This document shows, piece by piece, positions 52,645 through 63,219 of a stretch of DNA of 64,000 nt; within the stretch, counting starts at the first letter, position 1; each line of letters starts with the position of its first letter. Position numbers and translations under genes: made by a program. The notes below the pieces were generated by a model. It ran no database searches, had not been told where the DNA came from, and saw nothing but the letters and a program-made list of their open reading frames with translations. Source of the DNA: Camelus ferus (Eukaryota); contig NC_045697.1 of assembly GCF_009834535.1 (NCBI RefSeq), forward strand, positions 104,410,001 through 104,474,000, read 5' to 3'.

Positions 52645-53140
52645 CTTTCATTCAATTTGCTGAAATGTTCTCTAAGCCAGACATTAAGCAACAGAGAACA
52701 AGACAGTCACAGCTCCTGCCCTCACAGAGACTACAGTCAAAAGGGAAATACAAACATTAAGAAAATACTTAAAAGCACAACCGGTGTTAAGAAAAGAGAA
52801 GTTCAGATTGATATGAGGATGTTTAAAGTGACGTCTTTAAGGCCTTCCTGGGGATGTGGTATTTAGACTGAGACCTGAGCAACGAGTGACAATTGGCCAA
52901 GCAAAGTAAGAAGAAACAGCATGCTCTTGGTTCACGGACAAAGAGAGACTGTCACGGAAAAGGAATTGAATCAAGTCCAGTAAGGCCAAGGCAGAGAAGA
53001 GATGGGGCAGCCAGCTGGGAGAGGAAGCTGAAAACGTAGGCAGGACTCAGTTTGTGGAGGTCCCTGCCACTACGTGAGATATTTGAGACCTCGTCCCCAG
53101 AACAGTGGAAAACTATGGCAGGGAGTAAAGCAGGTATCAT
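52645..53140 (-). mobile_element. L2 3' fragment
   Basis: ttcattcaa...agaacaagacag...ctgccctcacagag...tttagactgagacctga. Confidence 0.7.
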
Positions 53141-53203
53141 GGTAATGGTTTCATGAACACACATCAAGAAAACAACACTCAGCCAACTCTTATTAGAGCC
53201 ATC

Positions 53204-53703
53204 TGCCTCAGCCTAAGGTTACCTCCAAGGAGCAGAGCCAGAGACATTCAGGGCTGGCAAGCTCCTAGTTTATTTCAGGCAATGAGTCCAAGGATCAGAA
53301 GTGGGGGAGTGAGAGGAGTGAGACAAAGGAATGAAAGCCAATCCAAAGGTACACTACTCCACAGATCTCCCCTGCAAGCAGGAGGTCTCCACCCAGCAGG
53401 GGACAACTCCTAGGCCCACATAGAAGGTGCCTTAGAATTATCCAGCCAAAGGATTGGAAAGGAGAGTATTTACCCACCGCCTCCCGTTCCCTGAGGGTCC
53501 AGGTTCACACATGCATCCAAATGGCTGAAAGGGCCCCTGCGGGTGAGTCACGAGGCAGCCCCACCATTGAGCAAGAGGCACCTGTGAAGCTGGGGCAGCT
53601 GTCATCAGGCTAACACTGCCCTGCAGCTGGCTACAACAGCAAGGCTGACATTCACAAGTAGGGTAAGAGTTTGCAAGGTGGGACGTAAGAAGAATCAGAT
53701 ATG
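53204..53703 (-). mobile_element. ERVL LTR (LTR16/LTR33-like)
   Basis: tagtttatttcagg...ggagtgagacaagg...aaagccaat...ccttagaattatcca...gtatttacccacc; resembles the 9855 LTR. Confidence 0.6.
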
Positions 53704-53854
53704 CCGCTCCATTTATAGCTCACTCAGGATCCTACTGTAAGTCTGGAATTACCCGTCAACAAAACACAAAAACACATAAAGCATTTGGAGTACAGGTGCT
53801 GGGGAGGAGAATTCATTATCTTGTGTCAAGTTCCATCCATAAATAATGCTTTTT

Positions 53855-54610
53855 TTCTGAATAACACTAAGCGCCAGGCTCTGTGCAAAGCCCTTACATT
53901 GTCACATGTACTCCTCCAGACAATCTTACGAGGAGGTACTATCCTTGTAACTGTAGCAGTTATCCATGGCTGTATCCCAGAGCATCCCAAACTCAGCAGC
54001 TCGACAATCAACATCTATCATCTCGCTCAGTTCCTGTGGGTCAGGAATTTGGGAGCAGCTTAACTGGGTGTTTCTAGCTTAAGATCTCTCATGAGGTTGC
54101 CGTCAATATGTCATTCAGGGTTGCAGACAAGTGAAGGCTTCACTGGGGCTGAGGGATGTGCTTCCAAGATACCCATATGGTGCTGATTGTTGGCAGAAAA
54201 CCTCAGCTCCTGCCAAGCAGGCCTTTCCTTGGACTATTTGACTGTCCTTACAACACGGCCCCTGGCTTCTCCCAGGCTGAATCCAAGAGAAGGGGCAAGG
54301 GAGAAGCCACAGTGTCTTTTATTACCTAGCCCCAGGAGTCACACACCACCATTTCCACAATTTCCTCTTGGTTACACAAGTCAACCCGACTCAGCATGGG
54401 AGGAGACTACATCCAGGTCTTCATGAATACCAGAAGGCAGGGATTGCTAGGACCATCTTAGAAACCAGCTACCACAATCACCATTTTACAACTGAGGCTC
54501 CTGGGGCCCAGAGAGGTGAAGTTACTTTCTTAAGGTCACGCAGTAAGTTGTGAACTTAATATTTGAACCTGGTTCTCCTCTGGCTCTAAGTTCTCTGTTT
54601 TTTATCACTA
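53855..54610 (-). mobile_element. MIR split by an MLT1 LTR
   Basis: gcgccaggctctgtgcaaagccctta...gaggaggtactat [LTR] ccattttaca...gaggtgaagttactt...aaggtcacgcag...atttgaacc. Confidence 0.7.
53952..54476 (-). mobile_element. MaLR solo LTR (MLT1F-like)
   Basis: ctgtgggtcaggaatttgggagcagctta...tctctcatgaggttgc...gcttccaagat...gaataccagaaggcagggat...ctaccaca. Confidence 0.85.
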
Positions 54611-56565
54611 TACTATACTTTCTCTTTAAATAACCTGATCCTTAAAGATGAACATATTTATCCATACAGGGAAATGTTAATATAGAGTATCAAGAAGGAA
54701 AAAACCTGGAGCCCACCAATAGACTTCATTTGGCACAAATTTCTGACTCCAAGTTCCTTCATCTACAGACTAAATTGTCAGATTTATAAACACAGGTGCA
54801 TGTGTGCCAGAATTAATCACAGTTACATGGCAGCGTGTAAAGAAAAGGGCACAGTCCGAGAAAGCTAATTTAGTAAAATAAATGGACTTCAAAGCAGCTC
54901 GGATGGTTTCAATACTACCTTAAAAAAAATTAAAAAGGAAGATTAAGTGTATGATCATGAGCCGTGAATAACAAATCCGTCCTCTCTGCAGGATGGGGGC
55001 AGGGACTGCTTTCTTCCACTTCGTGTTTACAGGACGTGAAAACCAAAGTCCTAGTGACTAAATGTTGCTGTACATCACCCAGGATGCCCGACTCAAGTAC
55101 TCGGCCGGGAAGCTGGGGTTACCGTTCTCAGCAGTGGGGTGCTGCGCAATTACAGCAAAACGTGAAAACTGAAGATCTGCTGTGTTTTCAGTGAAGAATC
55201 GGTGTACTACTGGATGGTCTCCTCCTGTATCCATGGGTATCACCAGGGGACCCTGTTGTATTCATTTAATGAACCATCAGCATTGGAGTAAAAAGCTAAA
55301 AGAATGAGCAACATCTACCATTCTTTAGTCCCATCAATATCAAGCACATTGTTATTTAAACCACAGAGCAAAAATCTAGGGACAGTAGTCTGAAACGGTA
55401 TTCTCATCACCTCTTATTCATCACACCAAGTCCTAGCTCCGGTGGTCCCGCAGCATCCCCTGGCCCTCCTGCCCACGGAGGAAGCCATCTGATAGGGCAT
55501 GATCCAGCGAGTTCACATTAATGAGTCTGTCCGTCTAACTCTCCAAACCCCCCACTGTTCTGTCCCCCTCCCCTCCCACTCCTCCAGAACAATACCCCAT
55601 TGTTATAACCATCTTAGGGCTTCAGGCACTGGTTCTTTTCAAGTACAGCCGTTCTGAAAGCTCTTGCTTGCTGTATTTCTTTCCCTTCTATAAAAGTTAA
55701 CAGAAAGCAGGCATATCATGGGCTGAGATCCACGGAGAAAATTAAAGCCATTCCATACTCAATGGTCTCCAGCCGTTTTTCATATCTGCAGACCAGGCCT
55801 ACAAATTCAATCATTTTCATTCATTTCAACTTTTGTTACAAAGCATTTGGAATGGAATAAATTAGCCAGCTCATCTGTCCCTCTATTTCGGAAAAAAAAT
55901 AAGAGTACTATTTCTATAGAGAGAGCATTTCATGGAATAGACAACATTTCTTACAGTAAAATTGCTTGACAAATAGGGTAAGAGATACGCATGTGTTGAA
56001 TAAGATTTCAAAGGAGAGAAGAATGTGCAACAAAAAGAGGCAGGGGCTCTGATCCAATAAAGCACCTCAAACTGTCCAGGGTCTTTGATCTTCAAAAGTG
56101 AAGCTTTGGAACATCACTGTAACAGGCTCTTGGAATATTTCCAGTTTTGCCAGTATTTTTTTTTCCACAGAAAATAGAATTTCTAAAACGTGACTGTTAA
56201 CATACATGAACCCCATCATCTTTTTTCCGTTCCATCTCCCGGCTCCATACCACTTCAGACACACTCACACTGTCCCTCAGAGGTATCCTGTTACAAAGGA
56301 TGTGTACACGTGTGTGGAAGGATGAAATAGTTCAACAGAAAAACTCTAAACCAATTATAAGACAATCAAAGAAACAAAGAGTTTTTAACCTGAGCTGTCT
56401 GAGTCCAAGGGCACTGGACGATGGGGTACAAGAGGAAAACAGAAGGGGGAAAGTAGGGCGGGGCTTCTGAAGAATGGTGCTTCAAGCAATTCTCAAACTT
56501 GATAATCAACTTTGGTTAACATCTAAAGCCAGGAATAGCTATAAAACCCTTTCCACGACACCAGA

Positions 56566-56734
56566 AATGAGTGGATCTGTCATGACACAATGCAGCTTGA
56601 GTTCCAGAGCCCCTCACTGGCACGGGGACCTTCCAAGGACAACTCTCTTCCTAATTTTCTATTTGTAATTCTGAGTCCTGTTTCTTAAAAAATGGCTTAA
56701 GCTTTGGGGCCTGTAAATTTTGCATTCATTTCTG
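56566..56734 (+). mobile_element. MER69A-like hAT-Tip100 MITE
   Basis: agcccctcactggcacggggaccttccaagg...cctaattttctatttgtaattc...ttcttaaa...taagctttggggcc. Confidence 0.7.
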
Positions 56735-56839
56735 CACTGCACATCCGCAGAAGTACCCCTGCATCATTTCTACAAGTATAAGCAAAAGCAGAGAGAAACA
56801 AAAACAACGAAAGCAATTTAAAACCCAGAGAGCCGGTTA

Positions 56840-57380
56840 CCCAGTGGCTGTGCTTGAAATCCTTCAAACATTTCCCATGATACTTTGAATAAAACCCAAA
56901 CTCCCCACTGTGGTTTGCAAAGCCCTCCCTGATCCGGCTGCTTCTTCAAATCCAAGTCATCCCATTCCCCGTCTGACCTTCCATGTGACCTCCAGCCACA
57001 CCATCTTCCTGCAACTCCTCTTTCCATCTCCAATCCTTGCCCGTTGTTTCTGCTTCCTCCCTGATTTTCACATTCCTGTCGTCCCCGTTTGGGGGATTCT
57101 CTGGCCCTCCCTGGGGACTCTAAATAAATCATCATGTTCTGTATCTCCTCATCCCCACCCTTGGAGCTCTCTATTACACCCAATCTTCTTTTCTCCTGCA
57201 GCCTTTTACGCAAGTTAAATTATGTGTTGTTGTTTTTGGTCTTTTGCCTGTTTAATAACTGTCTCCAGTGCAATCCTGCCAGCTCCACCAGGACAGCAGT
57301 GACATGTGTTTTGTCTACCAGTATGTCCAGCTCCCAGTTCAGTGCCTGGCATACAGGAGATGCACCATTAAAATGTGAGC
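56840..57380 (+). mobile_element. L2 3' fragment
   Basis: gaataaaacccaaactcc...aaagccct...ctccagccacacc...cagtgcctggcatacag. Confidence 0.75.
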
Positions 57381-57744
57381 AAAGGATGATAATTGAGTCA
57401 TACAACATTAACTGAATCATCCCATTAATGGAACTTGAGACTTCAAAGCACAGAGAATAACAATAAAAATAATAAACAATAATAATTTGGTGGAAATATT
57501 TCCGTGAATTTTGAAACTGACTACTTGAAAATAGTATAACATTTTTCTGGCAATTCAGGGACACAGTAATGAACAGTAAATTTCATGCCTTATAGGATAG
57601 AGTGCTTTCCCCGGAGATTATTGCTACTACAGGGTTATTGTGATTATGCTCATTGCCTGAAGCCACTATACATTTTGCATTTTATGCCTACTTTCCTTGG
57701 ATTTTCTGCTTCTGTCATCATCAGGCCATTGAACCAACTTTTTT

Positions 57745-57833
57745 TTTTTTTAAGTGGAGATACTGAGGATTAAAACCAGGACCTCGTGAATGCTAAGCAC
57801 ATGCTCTACCGCTGAGCTATACCCTCCCCTACA
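57745..57833 (-). mobile_element. Camelid tRNA-derived SINE, short form
   Basis: ccaggacctcgtgaatgctaagcacatgctctaccgctgagctataccctcccc; perfect 13-bp TSD aaccaactttttt. Confidence 0.92.
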
Positions 57834-58489
57834 AACCAACTTTTTTAACTTCTCAGTGAACCTTCCTTAAGCCACTCACAACCTTGTTCTGCTCTGCTAC
57901 TTTAATCTGTTTGTGGGCTGGGAAATTAGACAATGATCCTGGCGAGATGTGCGCAAAGAAACAGCAGACAGATTGCCTGTGAGATAATCCAGTGAGCGGA
58001 ATGGCTTCTGTGTTTGGCACTCGAGACAATCTGCTTACTAACAGGTTAGTGACTTTGCTCCGGACAGGAGAGTTTGCCAGGTAAGCTATTCCTGAATATG
58101 CGAAGTGTGCTTGATTATTAAACGGCTAAACTGCTGTAGCTCCATGAAAAAAATCTCCTCTCAAACACTCTGCTCTCAATGCTTCTGGCCACCAAAAGGA
58201 GTGAGTGTTTTTCCCCACCAAGCAGTTCTCTAATTCCCTACAGACACCAGCTGGGTGTCCTACAATTTACATCAGCTCTGGCACCAGCTACCCGGAGACC
58301 ACGTCAGATCCCTCAGGTTAAGGGTTCTGTCCTACAGACACTGCCCACCCTCACTCTCCAACTTCAGATGCCAAACAAATGTCCAGGTTGTTACCTGTGA
58401 ATGACCAGCTCGAAATGGGAGGTGGCCACCATCCCCTCCTCGGGTTAAATAATTTGCTAGAATGACTCACTCCGGAAAACAGTTTACCT

Positions 58490-58868
58490 TGTGAAAGGAT
58501 TTCAATATAAAATGGAACTGGAGGATGTAAAACGGAGAATCTCACGCATGCGCCCTCCAAAAACCAAACTTAAAGAACCAAGATTGACATGCTGTAAATG
58601 CTTTAAAACCAAGACTTTCCTCCTGACCAATGAACATCCACCAAGAATCTCTCCCCATCCTCAAGCCAATGAGCTTACTGCTTGGATTCAGGCTGGACTT
58701 CCTCCTCGACTCCTTGCTTATAAGTAATGGCTGGCCTTGAATCATCAAGGGACACATGTGTAGCTTGCTACAGCATGCATTTCCCGAATTCCAATTCCTC
58801 TGCTATTCCCAAAAACTCAATTTCAAGTAATTCAAGTTTACCTGTTTACCTTTTCATTTAGTTTGACA
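58490..58868 (+). mobile_element. ERV1 (MER4-group-like) solo LTR 'A'
   Basis: TGTGAAAGG...TTTGACA; two CCAAT boxes and cttataag; 4-bp TSD acct (58486-58489; right copy 59333-59336). Confidence 0.8.
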
Positions 58869-58870
58869 AC

Positions 58871-59330
58871 TGTCAACTGAGTTAAAATCACACAGCCTAA
58901 ACGCTGAGAGTTATGTTTTATCAGGTGGACATTTCTGCGGACTCGAACCACTTCGAGCCCTGGATAACAGACTCCCACATCGATCTGAGGGACTGCTCCA
59001 AAGAGGTAGGGGAGGAGCCAGGATATACAGGACTTTTACAACAAAGACCAGGTAGTCAGAACATTAAGAAGAAAACCAGACATCTCAAGTTAAAGAGTTT
59101 AGCACTTTTCTATGTATGGGAAAGAGCAAACATCTGGGCTCACTGAATTCATTCCTTTGATAAGCACCTAGCTATCTAGGGCCAGTGTCCAGTCCTTTCA
59201 TATTCTGAGTCCCCTCAGGGTGGTTGCAGAGGCCGGGCTCCCTGCTTGTCTGCATCATGAGTTGGCTGATGACTTGATGGCCACAGCATTCTTTGTTTAT
59301 TGATAGGGCTTGCAGTATTTTTCATTCACA
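58871..59330 (-). mobile_element. MER41-like ERV1 solo LTR 'B' (cetartiodactyl type)
   Basis: tgtcaactga...ttatgtttta...gagggactgctccaaagaggtagggg...aaaaccagacatctcaagtta...ctatctagggccag...ttcaca; perfect TSD caac (58867-58870 / 59331-59334). Confidence 0.85.
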
Positions 59331-59961
59331 CAACCTACTAGATTACTTGTTTATTGTAAAGAATACAACTCAGAAACAGTCAGATGGAAGAAGTATAAGG
59401 CAAGGTATGAGGGAAGGAGTCCAGAGCTTCCATGCCCTCCCCAGGATCCCCTCCCTCCCAGCAGCTCCACATGTTCATCAACCCAGAAGCTCTCTGAACC
59501 CGGTACTATAGGGAATTGTATGGAGGCTTCATCAGATCAGCATGACTGATTAAATCATTGGTCACTGATGATTAGTTCAACCTCCAGCCTCTCTATCGTC
59601 CCCAGAAGGGGAGGTAAGGGGGTGGCTGAAAGTTCCAACGCTCTAATCACAAAGTTGGTTCCCCTGGCAACTAGCCCCATCCTATGGTAATCTAGGGATT
59701 TTCCAAAAGTCACCACAGTAACATAAACTACCATGTGGTTGAAAAGGCTTGTTATGAAAAACAAAAGACATTCCTTCCATCTTCATCTCTCTGGAACTAT
59801 CTCAGGACCCAAAGACAAAAGACCCAATATTAAACAGAAAATGCTCCCATGCTCTTATCATTCAGAAAATTACAACAATTTTAGGAGCTGTGTGCCAAGA
59901 AAACTAAATGTGTATAGACATAGATATAGACAGATATATACATAGATATACATTTCTTATT

Positions 59962-60609
59962 TTTCTATTGAAGTATAATTGATTTACAGTGTTGTGTTGG
60001 CTTCAGGTGTACAGCAAAGTTATATATTTTTTCATTTTATTTTTCATTGTAGGTTATTATAAGATATTGAATATAGTTCCCTCTGCTATACAGTAAATCC
60101 TTGTTGCTTATCTATTTTATATATAGTGGTGTATCTATTAATCCCAAACTCCAAATTTATCCCTCCCACCCTATCCCTTTCCCCTTTGGCAACTGTAAGT
60201 TTGTTTTCTATGCCTGTGATTCTGTTTCTGTTTTGTAAATAAATTCATCTGTATTATTATTTAGATTCCACATATAAGTGATATATAATATTTGTCTTTC
60301 TCTGTTTGACTTACTTCTCTTAATATGATAATCTCTAGGTCCATCCATGTTGTTGCAAATGGCAATATTTCATTCCTTTTTATGGGTGAGTAATATTTCA
60401 TTGTGTGGCTGAGTAATATTCCATTCCATTCCACATCTTCTTTATCCATTCATCCTCCAGTGGACACTTTGAAAACACCATGGAGTTTCCTTAAAAAACT
60501 AAAAATAAAGCTACCATATGGTCCAGTGATTCCACTACTGAGCATATAGTAAAAAAGATAAAAACTCTAATTTGAAAAGATACATGCACCCCAATGTTCA
60601 TAGCAGCAC
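59962..60609 (-). mobile_element. L1 3' end with 5' inversion (twin priming)
   Basis: 59962-60469 is L1 3' end on the minus strand; 60470-60609 is the adjacent upstream L1 segment on the plus strand; TSD tacatttcttatt / tatatttctcatt. Confidence 0.85.
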
Positions 60610-61756
60610 TATATTTCTCATTATAAATCACAATATTGCCCCCCATTTGAATTATTGCACTTCCATTCTAAAAGGGGCAAGAGAAATGCAAGTTTAATTA
60701 CAAATGCAAATGTTACATGGAGAAATATATCTGATTGATTCTTTTGAAGAGAAGAAGAAAGTCAAAGAAAAATATTATGTACCAAAAGTGTGAATCAGGA
60801 GTTAATAATTCAGAAAACATTCCTGAAAGTAATGACAAGGATCAAAAGTGAAAAAAAAAAAACCTCTACTTAAGGAAACTTTTTATATGTGAGATAATAA
60901 TCTAATAGTGGTCAATAACCAAATTAATGATTTGCTCCTCCATGAAGACTCCTTTCTGAGTTAGAAAGGAGGAAGAGGTGAACTGAAGAGTAGATAAAAA
61001 ATGGAGATATGAAGTCTACGACTATTTTTTTAAGGATGACTCACCATGAGCTCTTATAGATGACTGATTGTGAAGAGTGAGAAAAAGAATGCATTAAACC
61101 ATAGGCATTTGAGCCCAGTAACTCTCTGGGGAACTCACCTCCACTCTTTGAACTATTTTATTGCATAAGCTAACCTTACGAATAGCACCAATGTGAAATA
61201 ATCCCAACATGTGATTCTCCTGTCTTTCTAGAGTCCATTAACATCTCTCAAGTAAACTATAAAAAGCACATTCATGTATTTTTAAGTGTTTGGATTGCAC
61301 CTCATCTCATTTCAAAAATGACTGCAGTAACTTATAAGAAATCAAGCACACAATAAGGAAGTTAAAAAAGGGGGACTAATTCTAAATAGAAATCAATTAC
61401 ATCTAAGCTAATAGCAAAAATGAGTAATGACATTAGGTTCAACTCTGAACTTCCTAGAAGCCACAGTAAACAAAGGTCAGTGATAAATTATGCATTTCTT
61501 GTCTGAACAAAAGAAACATATGATTTATTTAGGAGTTACACATCTTCTAAGAAGTATCATTGCAGAGATCCTTTTACAAATGACTTTGGACAACATAATA
61601 GACAATCCACAGAAAACTCCTGAATAGATGTTTACACATTTGCTAATATGCACAAACATATCAGTAAATTACATCTGTATGTATTATAAGTTATATACAC
61701 ATACATGTTCATTTCCTAGTTATAGCCCATATATCTACATATATACTTACACACAT

Positions 61757-62117
61757 TGCAATGGACTAAATGTTTCTGTCCCCCCAAAATTCATATGTTG
61801 AAATCCCAACCCCCAACGTGACGGTATTAGGAGGTGGGGCCTTTGGGAGGTGATTAGGTCATGAGGGTGGTGCCCTCATGAATGAGACTACTGCCCTTAT
61901 AAAAGAGACCCCAGAGAGTTCTCTTGCCCTCTTTCCACCATATGAGGATGCAAGTCAGTAATCTGTAAACCAGAAGAGGGCCTTTCACCAGAACCTAACC
62001 ATGCTGGCACCCCAATCTCAGACTTCCATCCTCCAGAATTATGGGAAATAAATTTCTGTGTCTACAAGCCACCCAGTTTATAGCCTTTTGTTATAGCAGC
62101 CCCAGTTCAGTAAGACA
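61757..62117 (+). mobile_element. MLT1A0-like MaLR solo LTR
   Basis: tgcaatggactaaatgttt...ccccaaaattcatatgttgaaatc...gtattaggaggtggggcctttgggaggtgattagg...aaataaatttctg...ttgttatagcagcc...taagaca. Confidence 0.92.
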
Positions 62118-62190
62118 TACACATATATGTACAGATACACATGAAGTAACTCAGAGAAAGTGCTTCTCTAAGGAAGTAAAGTAATGGGGC

Positions 62191-62680
62191 TGTGTAGATT
62201 ACAGGTACTGACGGCCACAACAGTTCGTCCCATCCCTGTAAGCTAGCACTCAGCAGTGTGACTTTGTCACTCCCTCATCAAAAAGTGGAGTAAATTTCTC
62301 CCTCCCTTGAATATGAGCTGGCCCTGTGACCAGCTGAGACCAATAGTAGTGATGTGTGTGACTTCCTCACCTGGACTTCCAGAAGCCTTGCAGCTTCTGC
62401 GCTCATGTTCTATTTATAGCACTGCCAGCACCTGCAGAAGCACACGCTGGTCTTCTCAAGGATCAGCACTAACAGCCAGGCAATTTAGATCATCCTGCTG
62501 TAGTCAAGACAGAAGATAACCACAGCTGCTTGAGTGACCCCAGGAGAGGCCAGAACAACTGCCCAAATGTGAGCAACCAAAATTGATAACCATCGGGATC
62601 ATGAGGTTAATAAATGGTGGTTTTAAGCCACCATTTGCAGTGAGCTTTGAGGTGGCTTGTTATACAGCAAAAGCTGACAT
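62191..62680 (+). mobile_element. MLT1G-like MaLR LTR
   Basis: gcagtgtgactttg...catcaaaaagtggag...cccttgaatatgagctggccctgtgac...ttttaagccac...ttgttatacagcaaaagct. Confidence 0.75.
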
Positions 62681-63219
62681 AAGATTCAAGGTATATAATT
62701 TTCTCATCTAACACCAGAACAAAATGGAAAGATCAAGGGAATTATGGTTGTTCACCCTGCATTTCCCAAAGTCCTTTCAGAAATTCTGAGAAAGGGAGAT
62801 GGAGCCTTGACATAGAACAGGTCCATTTTCACTTCTTGGGTAGAATAGGCTTTAAAGTTTCTTTCTCTAAAATAAGTGCTCTTAATCTGACTTTAAGAAG
62901 GGGCGTGGTCCTAGTTCAAGTAGAGAATTCCTGGTAGCAGCCCAGTGTACACACAGTTCCTGCTCATGATGGCAGGAAATGTACTGGCCTACATCTCCCA
63001 GGATAGTCCTGAGTTCATCAAACTATGTGTTACTAGGGCAAGTCTTCTGATCTGCGGTTGGAACAATACGAATACTATGTCCGTATACTTTGGATACCAT
63101 AATTAGCAAGTTAGACATTTTGTTGAGACGTTTCCAAAACTCATCCTGTATTCTCACCAGACAAACCCTTGACTTTTCACAAAAGCATATTATTCTTTTA
63201 ATGCACACAGATTTAAAAG

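Larger units (their letters stand above)
58145..60640 (-). mobile_element. MER21C-like LTR interrupted by three later insertions
   Basis: acaccagctgggtgtcctacaattt...cttcagatgcc...taatttgctagaatgactcac [58490-59332] gtttattgtaaagaatacaactcag...gagcttccatgccctc...ttaggagctgtgtgcca [L1] ttataaatcacaat. Confidence 0.85.

Noticed and set aside
62612..62636. Hairpin aaatggtgg...ccaccattt
   Set aside because: It lies within an MLT1 LTR end that is already semi-palindromic; no independent support.
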